Origin: a virus
Reading direction: 5' to 3' (one strand)
Length of the DNA stretch: 41,518 nt
IMG/VR virus record: IMGVR_UViG_3300010376_000020
Span: 1 to 41,518 of that record
The position numbers and the translations under genes are program-made. The notes beneath the pieces are model-generated. The model searched no databases. It was not told where the DNA came from and was given only the letters and a program-made list of their open reading frames with translations. This document shows positions 8,282 to 17,825 of this stretch, piece by piece (positions within the stretch are counted from its first letter, which is position 1; the number at the start of each line of letters is the position of its first letter).

Positions 8282-11065
8282 TTAGGGTGAGAATGCGGGC
8301 GAGACGTTTTTCAGATAACTCGCCACGGCCTGCGCGGTCTGCTGTGGGCTTTGCGCGCCGTTGATGGTGATATTCACCGTGAGAGGCATGGTGGCCAATT
8401 TTTTAATGTTGGTATTGATGTTGTCGGTGTCGCTCAGGAGGCCGACCCAGGCATCGTGAATCCAGGTGTTGATATTCAACAAAGGCGTGGTATTGACGGC
8501 AATGATGTGCAGCCAGTCCTGCACGCCGCCGCCGCCCAGACCCCCGATGAACATCGCGGTTTCGCGGGTGTTGAGCTCGATCGAGCGCAGGATGTCGGTC
8601 TGATGCGCATTTTGGATGTCGCCGATGACGCCGGTGACGAAAGAGCCCACCGCGCCGATGGCGCCCACCATGCCCATCGCACCGGAGAGCGCGCCACCGA
8701 CCGCGCTCGAAACTCCGCCACCCCCGCCTCCGCCGGGAAGGGGCAGGCCTGCTCCGCCTCCGCCTCCGCCTCCTCCGCCGCCTCCGCTAGGCCCGAAGAT
8801 CTTGGTCCACATCCCGCCCAAATCCGAGAGCTTCGACATCAGCGCATCGATCCCCTGCTTGATGAGCTTGTTCAGGATCACGTCGAGCACGTCCTGCCCG
8901 AGCTTGGTGAAGGCCTGCGAAAGATTGCCGGTTTGCAAGATCACGTCACTGATGCCTTTGGCGAGGTCGCGGTCAATAGCCTGGCCAATTTCCTGGCCCA
9001 TCGATTTGCCGGCGGTAGTGGCGGTCAGGAAATGCTCGCGCATCTGATCCGTGGCGCTAATCTGCGCCTGCGTCAGGACCGGCAGATTGCCCAGCTCGAT
9101 TTCCGTACCTTGGATATCGGTTGTGAGCTCCTGTACGCTCACGCCTGCATTTTTGGCGGCTGTCTCTAGTTGCTTGTAGGCTTCTTCCACCTGACTGCCA
9201 GAAAGCGTGCCCCAATTCACGAGTTGGACATAAGCGGTCAGCAGATCCTGGTACTGCTGCTGGTTTTTGGTGGTCTGGTCCTGAAGCTTGACCATCGCAT
9301 CGGTGACACCGCCCATCGCAGGCGGCACGTCGCCGATTTTGCCCGCAAGTTTATCCCAGTCGTCGATTTGCTTTTGGATGTTCTTGTCAACGTCCGCAGT
9401 GACCTTCTCGAGGCCCACGCCGTTCTGGAGGACGTAATCGTTCAGGATCTTCAACGCATCCGAGACTTGCGCGAAGCCGAGCGAGCCCTGGGCGCCGGCC
9501 TGGACCATCTCGGCCTGGAGCCGGATAAACTCGTCGTAGAGCTTGGAAACGTTGATACCCGCAGCAGCCTCGTTCCATTGCTCATCCAGGCCCGCGAAAC
9601 CTCGCTGGAACTGATCGAAAGCCTTCTGGGCGCTGTCATCGAGGGTCTTGAAGGGATTGGTTTCTCCGATAAGGCCTAATTCTTTGAGCTGTGCAATCGT
9701 AGAAACCGTGGCGCTTGTAGTTTGTGTCAGCGTGTTTCCGAGGCCTGCTATGCGCGTTCGAAACTGCTCTACACTCTCTCCGGTCTGATCGGTTTTCTGC
9801 TTCTGATCCCAGAAACCCGCGCTCACTGCCGCCATGTGCTCGCGGATGTAGTCCAGCTCGGTGCCGATATCGGTGTTGTTTTTGTAGGCCCGGATCGCCG
9901 CTGCGGCCAGGGTTGCGGCTTCGGCCAGCGCCTTCCATTCTGCGACGAACTGCTGTAGCGGCGGGATGAAATCGGTCCACTTGATGCCCAGTCCGCCCGT
10001 TCCAGTCAATTCCTTGAGCGGAGAGAGAACCTCGGCAACCGTGGTTTTGAGAACCGAAAAAGCTCCCGCCGCCTCGACCACGGCGTCCGCCAGCGGTTTT
10101 ACGAGGCCGGCCGCCTGGCCGATCAGGGGTATGAGCGGCTGGATGGCATTCAGCACCGTGATGATGGCTGGTGCTAAGGCGTTGCCCAATTCCTCGGCCG
10201 CGAACTCAAATTGCGTTTTTGCGTTCTGCCAAGTGCCCGCCAGATCGCCGGCGGTGGCTTGCGCGGTGCCCGCAAATTTTTGCAGAGCAAGATCCAATGC
10301 TTCAACGCGGTCAGCCACATCCATCGACTTGAAGAGGTTTTTAACCTGATCGTCAGCCACGCCCAGGACTTTCGCGAGATCATCCGTGGTTAGCCCAAGG
10401 CTAGCCAGCGTGCGCCCCATCGCATTGCCGGATAAACCGATCCGGTCGATGGTATCGGCAACGGTAGTAAAATCCGTTCCCAAAGCACGCGAGGCATCGG
10501 CTGCGGCCTGCAGGGTCGTCATCGTCTCTTCGGTCGAAAAGCCGAGTGCGGTCATGCGCTGCGCGGCTTGCGCGAGGGATGGGAAGCTCAATGCATCCGA
10601 GAGAGCTAGAGCCTTGAGGTCTTCGATCATCCCGGCCGCAACTTCGCCTGAACCCGTCAGCGCGGTAAGCGACGTTTCCACGCGCTGGACTGCGGCGTAG
10701 GTTTCCACTGCCTCAGTCACGAATTCCTTGAGGGTTTCGACAATTTGTTCGAGCCCGACATTGAATCCAGCAAATTCAGCCGCGAGATTCAGCGATTCCC
10801 CGAAGCCCTCAAAGGCGCCAGCGCCTTCGTGCGCGCCTTCTCCAGCCTGCTGAGCGGCTTGCCCGAGTCCTTCGACTTGCGGCGTAGCTTCACTAGCCGC
10901 CGCCCCCAATCCACCTGCATCTTGTGCAGCGGCAGTAAACGCCCCCGCGATCTCCTGCCCACCCGCCTGCGATGCGGCTACTGCGGCATCAATGGCCGCT
11001 TGCAAGTCCGACCAGTCGCCGATAATGTTTACATCGATATCGCCGATGCTCGCAGCTACCGACAT
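8282..11065 (-). CDS. Tail tape measure protein
   Basis: 927 aa, A/Q/L/G-rich and helical, lying directly after the chaperone pair (TAA then ATG, adjacent). The C-terminal part carries poly-Gly tracts (GGGGGGGGGGAGLPLPGGGGGGG). Size and position are canonical for a siphovirus tape measure. Confidence 0.85.
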   Translation of the reverse strand: MSVAASIGDIDVNIIGDWSDLQAAIDAAVAASQAGGQEIAGAFTAAAQDAGGLGAAASEATPQVEGLGQAAQQAGEGAHEGAGAFEGFGESLNLAAEFAGFNVGLEQIVETLKEFVTEAVETYAAVQRVETSLTALTGSGEVAAGMIEDLKALALSDALSFPSLAQAAQRMTALGFSTEETMTTLQAAADASRALGTDFTTVADTIDRIGLSGNAMGRTLASLGLTTDDLAKVLGVADDQVKNLFKSMDVADRVEALDLALQKFAGTAQATAGDLAGTWQNAKTQFEFAAEELGNALAPAIITVLNAIQPLIPLIGQAAGLVKPLADAVVEAAGAFSVLKTTVAEVLSPLKELTGTGGLGIKWTDFIPPLQQFVAEWKALAEAATLAAAAIRAYKNNTDIGTELDYIREHMAAVSAGFWDQKQKTDQTGESVEQFRTRIAGLGNTLTQTTSATVSTIAQLKELGLIGETNPFKTLDDSAQKAFDQFQRGFAGLDEQWNEAAAGINVSKLYDEFIRLQAEMVQAGAQGSLGFAQVSDALKILNDYVLQNGVGLEKVTADVDKNIQKQIDDWDKLAGKIGDVPPAMGGVTDAMVKLQDQTTKNQQQYQDLLTAYVQLVNWGTLSGSQVEEAYKQLETAAKNAGVSVQELTTDIQGTEIELGNLPVLTQAQISATDQMREHFLTATTAGKSMGQEIGQAIDRDLAKGISDVILQTGNLSQAFTKLGQDVLDVILNKLIKQGIDALMSKLSDLGGMWTKIFGPSGGGGGGGGGGGAGLPLPGGGGGGGVSSAVGGALSGAMGMVGAIGAVGSFVTGVIGDIQNAHQTDILRSIELNTRETAMFIGGLGGGGVQDWLHIIAVNTTPLLNINTWIHDAWVGLLSDTDNINTNIKKLATMPLTVNITINGAQSPQQTAQAVASYLKNVSPAFSP

Positions 11066-11907
11066 TTACTTAATCCTCAGTGCCCACTCCGGCACGCCCT
11101 CGGTATCGCCCGGCCGCATTCGCCCCAACCGCGCATTGAGCATGGCCACTTCCGCCTGATCGCGGGCAGCTCGCGCGCGCGCCGTTATCCGCTCGGCTTT
11201 CCTTTGCGCGGTTTCGGGGGTGTCCGGCAGAAAGTCTTCCGAGGTCCAAGGCTGGCCATCTTTGCGTGTCATCCAAGCGTTGTGCAAATCCGCGCGATTC
11301 GCGGCCCACATTTCAAGCTGCTGCTGCTGGTAATGGTCGTAGCGTTCCCGCAAGGCCTCGAGCTCGCGCCAGGAAAGCATCCAGAGTCTTTCCGGAGTGA
11401 TGCCCAAGCCCAAAGGAGCAGGCGCGGTCCACAGCGCCCACAGTCTCAACCAGTCCGGTTTTATTGAATCGGCGTTGGAACTGGATTCCCCGCCGCCGGC
11501 TCGCGGGCCGCCGACTCCCGCAGCTTGATCTCGACGGAGGGGTAGGCTTTTATCCAGGCTTCGGAGATGGCGCGGGCCACTTGGGTCATCTGCTCCATGT
11601 TCTCGAAGCAGGCCGCGAGCTCTCGCCACGGGATCTCGATTTGATGCCGAATGGTAGCCGATAACGCCTTGAGCAGCACCGTATAGTTGGCGCGCCCGGG
11701 GATTTGGGTGCCGGTGATCGGATCGACTTGCGGGGCCCATTCCTGGAACGCCTTCATGAGATCGTTTACGTTCACGCCCATGTCCTCGAGCTCGATCGCA
11801 GCCAGCGGCCCGAACTTGACGATGAAACTTCCCTTGCCGGGAATCTCGATAACCGGATATTTGATGGGCGGATATTGGCGTGGCTCGCTCCCGTTTTGTT
11901 CGCTCAT
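11066..11907 (-). CDS. Tail assembly chaperone, long form (G-T analogue) needing a -1 shift from 11461..11907 frame
   Basis: The ORF ending at 11066 is in the -1 frame relative to the chaperone ORF and overlaps its 3' end. It has no ATG or SD of its own near the overlap. Its sequence LGITPERLWMLSWRELEALRERY resembles the conserved segment of GTA/siphovirus T-type chaperone extensions. I did not identify a slippery site. Confidence 0.45.
11461..11907 (-). CDS. Tail assembly chaperone, short form (G analogue)
   Basis: 148 aa from ATG 11907 (GGAGGC upstream), acidic, lying between the major tail protein and the tape measure. A -1 frame ORF overlaps its end. Confidence 0.65.
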   Translation of the reverse strand: MSEQNGSEPRQYPPIKYPVIEIPGKGSFIVKFGPLAAIELEDMGVNVNDLMKAFQEWAPQVDPITGTQIPGRANYTVLLKALSATIRHQIEIPWRELAACFENMEQMTQVARAISEAWIKAYPSVEIKLRESAAREPAAGNPVPTPIQ

Positions 11908-11915
11908 GCGGCCTC

Positions 11916-12377
11916 CTAGCACAACGTTGGCGTGCCGGTGGTGCCGATCCCGCACGTCGCCTTGAATACATCCCCCACCTTGCCGGTGATCTGAAACGAC
12001 GTCACATAGCCGTTGAACTGATCGAGCGGCGGCGTGGAGCCGGTGGGATAAGTTACCTGCCAGGCGGACAGAATGCGGTTCATCAGCAGATACCGCAGGC
12101 CCTCGGGCGGACCCGCGGCATTCATGTGGCTCGGCTCGTTCATGACCCAGAAGATCGAGAAGGTGACCTTACCCATGTCGAGCAGCGTGGGCACGCGCCG
12201 CACCCAGGTATCCGATACGTTCGTCACCAGCACTTCGGTGGCGGTGATCGGCACGGTCAGGTCGCTGATGTTGCACACCGGCGTATAGGTCGGCGGCGAA
12301 GCTGTGGCTGAGCCTACCGAGAGTAAAAGACCTGCTACCGATACGTGGTCGGCAATCGCGGATACACCGGCTGGCAT
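11916..12377 (-). CDS. Major tail (tube) protein
   Basis: 153 aa with a GGGAG SD upstream of ATG 12377. It is beta-rich and sits immediately upstream of the chaperone pair and tape measure. Confidence 0.7.
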   Translation of the reverse strand: MPAGVSAIADHVSVAGLLLSVGSATASPPTYTPVCNISDLTVPITATEVLVTNVSDTWVRRVPTLLDMGKVTFSIFWVMNEPSHMNAAGPPEGLRYLLMNRILSAWQVTYPTGSTPPLDQFNGYVTSFQITGKVGDVFKATCGIGTTGTPTLC

Positions 12378-12390
12378 AATTAAAATCTCC

Positions 12391-12825
12391 CTAAAGCAGT
12401 TGGTTGTCCCAGATCATCACGTCGAGCAAGCGCTGGTAAATCCCTGTGTCGGTCTGGATGAAAAAGCCGTCGCGTTCGAGCGTGATCTTGTTGGGATAAA
12501 GCGCCAGATTGGGCGTGCCGATGGCGTTGAACGTGTCGAGAAAGGTCTTGAGGGCGTTCTCGACATCGTAGGCCGCCTGGCAGCCGGATTCGCCCGGTCC
12601 GCCCCAAATGTTGAACTGCACGCGATTCTCGACCGGATTCTGCGCGCGCATGGTGTAGCCGTACTTCGGGATCGTCGAGATGATCTGCACCACCATCGCG
12701 GGAAAGCCGCTGCCCTGCAGGAGTTGCATGTTGTACCAGCGGAATGGATTGGTTCCCAGCAATCCCGAGAGGCCGGCATCGGCCGCCGCGGCAGTGCGGA
12801 TCTTGTGCTTGAGCGGCGTCGTCAT
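12391..12825 (-). CDS. Tail completion / neck protein (DUF3168-like)
   Basis: 144 aa from internal ATG 12825, with an ATGA overlap to the upstream gene stop at 12822. It lies between the gp10-like protein and the major tail protein. Size and position fit the tail terminator/completion family. Confidence 0.55.
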   Translation of the reverse strand: MTTPLKHKIRTAAAADAGLSGLLGTNPFRWYNMQLLQGSGFPAMVVQIISTIPKYGYTMRAQNPVENRVQFNIWGGPGESGCQAAYDVENALKTFLDTFNAIGTPNLALYPNKITLERDGFFIQTDTGIYQRLLDVMIWDNQLL

Positions 12826-13250
12826 GCATACGGACTCCTGATGGCTGTCGAGATATTCGAGCGGAACAGATCCTTGATGTTTTCGCGCTGTTCGTCGAGA
12901 GCGGGCCGCATATACGGCTGGGCGGGCATGCCGGGCCAAGTCGGTGAGTAGGGCCCCTGGCCGGCGCCAGGCGACGATGCGCCGCGGATCCCCGTCCCGA
13001 ATTCCACATAGCCGGCGTAATGCATCGTGGGCCCGATGCTCGCGCGGACGGTTTTGTCGAGCTGCTCCACCTCGACCATGATGGAATCCCGCAGAGCGCC
13101 CGTAGCCACTGGACACAGCCGCCGCGCGGCCTGCTGGATCATTTCGCCCGCCTGCCGCACCGTCTCCAGCACTACTGGCGAGATAACGACCTCGGTAAAG
13201 CGGCCCGAGTCGCCGCGCGGTGTCCACGTTGCCGTTGCCGAGATGCTCAT
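12822..13250 (-). CDS. HK97 gp10-like head-tail joining protein
   Basis: 142 aa. The motifs TGALRDSI and YAGYVEFGT followed by PYMRPA match the HK97 gp10 family pattern as I remember it. ATGA overlap with the upstream gene. Confidence 0.7.
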   Translation of the reverse strand: MSISATATWTPRGDSGRFTEVVISPVVLETVRQAGEMIQQAARRLCPVATGALRDSIMVEVEQLDKTVRASIGPTMHYAGYVEFGTGIRGASSPGAGQGPYSPTWPGMPAQPYMRPALDEQRENIKDLFRSNISTAIRSPYA

Positions 13251-13657
13251 ATTGTGACCAGCCTCAGTTTCAGCCGCGTCTGCGAAAACTGCGAGTCGCG
13301 CTCGGCTCCGAGGATGTCGTACTCAACGCCGTCGACAATCGCGTGCCAGCCGATCTGGCCCCAGTTCAACCCGTCCAGTTGCGAGTAATAACCGTTCAGA
13401 AGCACATGCCGCAGGCTGACGCTCATGATTTCGGCGATGTTCTTGATCTCGGTCGCGGCGATGTTCCCCACCGATTCCGGCGCGTTCATGCAGGGAAGGT
13501 TCACTAGACCGGTCACATCGGCGTAGGTTCCGTCCGGCGCGCCGGAAACACCCAGGTTGCCGCTCGGTGCCTGGATGGTGCACACCGATTGCATCAAGCC
13601 GGCATCCTCGACCATCTTGGGCAGCGAGGCAAAATCGTAAGTGAGGCTCTGGTTCAT
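13247..13657 (-). CDS. Head-tail adaptor / head closure protein
   Basis: 136 aa from ATG 13657, with an ATGA overlap to the stop at 13654. The C-terminal pattern RHVLLNGYY...W...IDGVEYDILGAE...T.L.L..V is typical of phage head-tail joining proteins. Confidence 0.6.
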   Translation of the reverse strand: MNQSLTYDFASLPKMVEDAGLMQSVCTIQAPSGNLGVSGAPDGTYADVTGLVNLPCMNAPESVGNIAATEIKNIAEIMSVSLRHVLLNGYYSQLDGLNWGQIGWHAIVDGVEYDILGAERDSQFSQTRLKLRLVTI

Positions 13658-14091
13658 GCCTGCTGCCGGTAGAGCATTTTCCAAAGCCGCTCCCGCATCC
13701 AGAAGCTGTCCTGTCCCATCTCCGCGACCGAGAAGTAGCCCGCAGAAGTTTCCTGATCGATGTAGCTCTGCGCCAGGTCTTTGAGTGCTTTCGAAGCGCT
13801 CTCGGGATTGACGCTGACATCGAGCACCTTGGTGACGACCACGCGCGCCTTGGTGGCGCTCAAACCGTTGAGCAGCATCGCGGCCGCGCGGCCGTAGCTG
13901 TAAACGTTGCCGGAGAGCGTGGGCGGATAGTAGCCGCTCAAGCCCACGATGATGTTCTGCGAGCTGTTGAGATTGAGCGCACCGTTGATCTCGTCGTCTT
14001 GAAAGATCGGATTGGCCGAGTCCGTATCGCCCACCATCAGGCGAATGATGGCGATGGTCGGAGCATTCGTCCAGTCGTAGGTAAAGGCCAT
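13654..14091 (-). CDS. Head-tail connector protein (gp6-like)
   Basis: 145 aa, the first gene after the major capsid gene. Helical, with an acidic N-terminal segment. The call is positional. Confidence 0.55.
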   Translation of the reverse strand: MAFTYDWTNAPTIAIIRLMVGDTDSANPIFQDDEINGALNLNSSQNIIVGLSGYYPPTLSGNVYSYGRAAAMLLNGLSATKARVVVTKVLDVSVNPESASKALKDLAQSYIDQETSAGYFSVAEMGQDSFWMRERLWKMLYRQQA

Positions 14092-14100
14092 GCATACCCG

Positions 14101-15609
14101 CTACTTTTTGTTGTGCTTGGCCTCCGTGTCGCGCTCGGGTTCCTTGGCCGCATGCGGAGTGCCACCTGGATGCGGACCGCCGGTGGAAGCTTCGGCCAGC
14201 AATGCGCCCGAGCCCGTTCCTTGGCTATAGACGGCCATTAAGGGGTCCAGTAAACACCCACCCTTCACCGTACGTATCTTGTAATGGATCGAATCTGTGT
14301 CGAAGTCTCCTTCCATAGGATTCGCATTTGCCGTGCCTGGCATCACGCCCGGTCCGGGCCCCATCTGTCCCTCGCCGATCGCCACCGCGTTGGGCAGCTT
14401 CATGAACAGCTCCGGCGTCTTGTGCCCGCGCAGGAAGCCCATCTCGATGGCCGGACGTCCCGACTCGGGATTGGCGAACAGATACCAGCCGGTGTTGCCA
14501 TAAGTCGTGTCGACGATCGGCAGGTAGTAATTGACCGCCAGGCGCACGATGTTCTTGGCCCAGTTCATGGCGTGGAGCATCTGCGCGATCATCGGCGTAG
14601 TGCTGCCTTGAATCACCGTGCCGCCCTGGTCGGCCATGAACACGTAATCGGTGTTCAGGATGTTCTGAGCGACGGTCTTGAGCGACGGCGGCACCACCAG
14701 CGTCATGGCTTCGATCGAGATGGGATGGCCCGTGGTATCGACCTGCTTCATCATCACGATCATGGCCCGCTGTAACGAGTGAATCGAGAGCGCGGGTTGA
14801 TCCGCGCCGGTGTCGCCGACCAGTGCGCCGGTGACGATGTTTTTGTTGGCGGCGCTGAAAAACGTCGAGTTGTTGGCGAACAAGGCGGTGCAGAAGTACT
14901 CCTCTTCGCGCCGGGCGCCGCGGCCAAATCTGGCCGGCGTGTCCTTGATGGCTTGGAGATCGTCGTTGACGAAGGTCTCCCAATAGAACGGCATGCGCTT
15001 GCCGCGCTTAAAGAGCTCGTACGTGTACGGCGCCGGGACGGCCAAAGAGTCCTCGGGATAGTTCGCGCCACGCTCCAGCGGGACCAGGCCGCCGAAAGCC
15101 GTGAGGGTGGGGTCTGTCGGCCCCAGCAGCCCGGTGCCGCCGTCGACGCGGAAGCGCTTCACGGGCCGGAAGTCGTTGACCTCGGCCTCGTGCGCGATCA
15201 TATTCCAGGTGTAAGGCGTCTCGACGTAGTTGGCGAGCACGGCGCGGTCGATGACATCACCGAACAGGTTCGGGAAATCGCCGATCGACATCGCTTCTTG
15301 AAGATTCAGCAAGTCGCGCTTAGAGCCATTGAAGCCGCGATAGATCAAGCGTGCGGCTTCCGATAACCGCGATTCGTAGCGGCGCCGGCGCCAAACGTCG
15401 GAATAGACCTCGCGCACCCGGTGGGTCATATTGGCGAAGCCCGGCTCGTTGACGGTACGCGGCGCGCCGCTCCACTCGCCCAGCTCGGCTGAGGAAACGC
15501 GGCCGGGATTGAAGCCCTCATGCGCCGGATGGGTCGTCGCGGAAGGCAGGCCGGTAATGCGCGGGCTGAAGTCGCCCCAATTTTTCACTACATCGTCAAG
15601 TGGAGTCAT
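14101..15609 (-). CDS. Major capsid protein (putative)
   Basis: 502 aa with ATG 15609 and an AAGGAAA SD. It lies after the scaffold/protease candidate and the decoration-like protein and before the connector genes. The call rests on synteny and size only. Confidence 0.55.
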   Translation of the reverse strand: MTPLDDVVKNWGDFSPRITGLPSATTHPAHEGFNPGRVSSAELGEWSGAPRTVNEPGFANMTHRVREVYSDVWRRRRYESRLSEAARLIYRGFNGSKRDLLNLQEAMSIGDFPNLFGDVIDRAVLANYVETPYTWNMIAHEAEVNDFRPVKRFRVDGGTGLLGPTDPTLTAFGGLVPLERGANYPEDSLAVPAPYTYELFKRGKRMPFYWETFVNDDLQAIKDTPARFGRGARREEEYFCTALFANNSTFFSAANKNIVTGALVGDTGADQPALSIHSLQRAMIVMMKQVDTTGHPISIEAMTLVVPPSLKTVAQNILNTDYVFMADQGGTVIQGSTTPMIAQMLHAMNWAKNIVRLAVNYYLPIVDTTYGNTGWYLFANPESGRPAIEMGFLRGHKTPELFMKLPNAVAIGEGQMGPGPGVMPGTANANPMEGDFDTDSIHYKIRTVKGGCLLDPLMAVYSQGTGSGALLAEASTGGPHPGGTPHAAKEPERDTEAKHNKK

Positions 15610-15620
15610 TGTGGTTTCCT

Positions 15621-16043
15621 TTAGCTGATCCCGTCTTTCAAGCTGACCCGCACCATTCCCGTATTACCGGCCGTCAGGTTCGTCTCCGCCAGGCCCACCA
15701 GGAAGCCACCGGTAGCGGTGTTATTCAGCGTGTTGCCATAGCTGATTCCCGATGGAGCATCCGTGGTGCCGAGATGCACATAAATCGGCGTCCCTGGCGT
15801 GATGTTGGTCGCTACGGCGGCCACCGAGAGGTTGAAAGAGCCTTCCGTATCGAGCGTGAGATAACCGCTATTGGAGTAATACGGCGGCTTGGTGGTCATG
15901 TTCTGGCCGTCATTGGCGATGCCAATGAGGTTCGGTCCGGCCGCGGGCCCAAAGACCAGCACATCGCCGGGGGCGATCACGGCGGCACCCGGCATCTTGA
16001 GCTCAATGCCGGTGAGGCGTTCGCGGGTTTTATTGGCAGCCAT
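15621..16043 (-). CDS. DUF2190-like small head protein (decoration-like)
   Basis: 140 aa, G/A/T-rich and beta-type (GDVLVFG, GIANDG). TAATG overlap with the upstream gene. It sits between scaffold and capsid genes, where DUF2190 / decoration-type genes are usually found. Confidence 0.5.
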   Translation of the reverse strand: MAANKTRERLTGIELKMPGAAVIAPGDVLVFGPAAGPNLIGIANDGQNMTTKPPYYSNSGYLTLDTEGSFNLSVAAVATNITPGTPIYVHLGTTDAPSGISYGNTLNNTATGGFLVGLAETNLTAGNTGMVRVSLKDGIS

Positions 16044-17770
16044 TAGGCGGCCCTCCCTTCCTTGAAGATCCGGCGCATGCGTTTGCGCTCCATGCGCTGA
16101 GCTTCGCTCTGCTCGCCTTCGTTGATCTTTTTGCCCACGAAGACATCCGCGAGGCGGCTCATGGATTCATCAAACTGCTCTTCCCATGCCTTGCCATCGT
16201 CCTCGGTGAGCTTCTTAATCTCGGCCTCCGTCATGCGCGTGCCCATCGAAGCCACTCCGTTTCCGTAGCCGAGTTGCGCCAGAAAGCGCGCCTCTTCGAT
16301 GGCTGCGCTTTCGACCAACTTGGCGAGAGCTTCGGTGTCGATTTTGCCGTCTTTGAAGGGCAGTAAAGGCGTAAGCCGCTCAGCGATGCGGCCGCGCGTG
16401 AGCGCAACGACATGCGGAGGCCCGGGCAGACGGATTCCGTTCAAGGCTTCGCTAATCGCTTGCGCGCCTTCCTTTTCCCGCACCATGCTTTCACGTAATG
16501 AGCGAATCTCATTCTTGAGCTCGCGTATGTCGGCTGCGTCCATACTTTCTCCTTCCAATGCGGACTCGAGCAGGAGCTTCCCGTCGCGTCCCGCTTTGGT
16601 GACTAAATCGATTGAATCGGCGCTCGTCAGCCGCTCGATCAGGCCCGGCTTACCGTCCGGCGCCTTGCGATTACCCTCGGCATAAAGGCCGCGCGCCCGG
16701 ATCGAAACGCCAGTGAACGGCGCTTTCTCCTGCACTTGCTGGGCGTACTCGCTGAAGACCTTCGCCGGCGCATAGAGCGCGGCCCCGTCTTTTCCGTGCT
16801 CGTCCCAGTAGGCATCTCCGGTAGTAACAGCCGCGAGCTTCGACCAGTCGCCTTCCGGCCGCTCGGCTTCCTCCGCCGGCGTGGCGTGATTGATATACAT
16901 CAGCGTGCCGCGCTTGAAGATCTGCGGGCCGTCGCGCTCGAGCACTTCCTTGGTGTAGTAGCCGGACGAGCCGCGGCCAGGCGAGATGATCTTGACGAGC
17001 GGGTTGACGGCGGTGGCTTCCTGGAATTGGTAACCGGCTTCGAAAGCCGCGGATTCGACCAGCCGCACGCCTTGACTGGCCCCTGGCCCCTGGCCCCTGG
17101 CCCCTTCTTCCTTGCTATCGCCGTCCTTGCCGTCTTTCTCTTCGTCCTGCCAGGATTGCGGCAAATGCTTATGCCAGCCCTTGCGCTTGGCGATCGCCTT
17201 GATGTTGCGCTTTAAGCTTCCGGCGCTCTGGCCGCCGGCCACGCCCCGGCCGATGGAGTGAACGGCGGCCATTACGTCGGAAGGACGCAGGATCGGAAAG
17301 GACCGGCCGGTGCCCGCAAAATCGGAAGTATCGGCCGCGTCTCTTTCCGATTTCGAAATGAAGCGCTCTCGAAGCGGTCGATACTTCCAGGTTAAGGAAC
17401 CGGGGAATCGCTCGACGAATTTCTTCTTCCCTTCCGCCTCGCCCATGCCCTCGATACCGTCTTCGTCCGCTTCCTCGTCATAGACCGTACGCGGCAGCAC
17501 GTCGACGGCGTTTTCTGTGTCGATCGAGTGCGTACGCTTGCCGGCATCAAAGCCGATCTCATAGGGCGCGCGGTAGTATTCGCCGTCTTTCTGGTACACC
17601 ACATCGCCCGAATCGTCGTCGCCGAACACGTCGCAGATGTAGCAGCAGCAAGCGGGGTAGAGATCGTGAAGGCAATCGGCGAGGCCGCGCGAGATATCGG
17701 AGTGGGAGAGCTCTTCGCCGGCTTCCTGAAGGCTCAGGGCGAGAGCTTCATAGGCGGGGGATAATGGCAA
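16043..17770 (-). CDS. Capsid scaffolding / prohead maturation protein (putative); start uncertain
   Basis: 575-aa ORF. The first codon at 17770 is TTG and has no SD. There is a very acidic central linker, and the segment ISPGRGSSGYYTKEVLERDGPQIF..GTLMYINH resembles protease/scaffold N-domains. The C-terminus is a long charged coiled coil typical of scaffolds. It lies directly upstream of the capsid genes. Confidence 0.45.
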   Translation of the reverse strand: MPLSPAYEALALSLQEAGEELSHSDISRGLADCLHDLYPACCCYICDVFGDDDSGDVVYQKDGEYYRAPYEIGFDAGKRTHSIDTENAVDVLPRTVYDEEADEDGIEGMGEAEGKKKFVERFPGSLTWKYRPLRERFISKSERDAADTSDFAGTGRSFPILRPSDVMAAVHSIGRGVAGGQSAGSLKRNIKAIAKRKGWHKHLPQSWQDEEKDGKDGDSKEEGARGQGPGASQGVRLVESAAFEAGYQFQEATAVNPLVKIISPGRGSSGYYTKEVLERDGPQIFKRGTLMYINHATPAEEAERPEGDWSKLAAVTTGDAYWDEHGKDGAALYAPAKVFSEYAQQVQEKAPFTGVSIRARGLYAEGNRKAPDGKPGLIERLTSADSIDLVTKAGRDGKLLLESALEGESMDAADIRELKNEIRSLRESMVREKEGAQAISEALNGIRLPGPPHVVALTRGRIAERLTPLLPFKDGKIDTEALAKLVESAAIEEARFLAQLGYGNGVASMGTRMTEAEIKKLTEDDGKAWEEQFDESMSRLADVFVGKKINEGEQSEAQRMERKRMRRIFKEGRAA

Positions 17771-17783
17771 CTTGCAAATAAGC

Positions 17784-17813
17784 TTGCAAGATAACTTGTT
17801 TTCTGTCTAGTAT
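17784..17813 (+). promoter_or_regulatory. Sigma70-like promoter for plus-strand HNH gene (TTGCAA - 18 nt - TAGTAT), overlapping an imperfect palindrome CTTGCAA-N6-TTGCAAG (17771..17790)
   Basis: Hexamers read directly at 17784..17789 and 17808..17813. The region is AT-rich and lies between the divergent scaffold and HNH genes. Confidence 0.4.
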
Positions 17814-17825
17814 GTTCATGTAAAC

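Noticed and set aside
8616-9047. Pro-rich plus-strand ORF (PPPPPPGRGRPAPPPPPPPPPPP).
   Set aside because: It is the antisense reading of the poly-Gly tracts of the tape measure gene.
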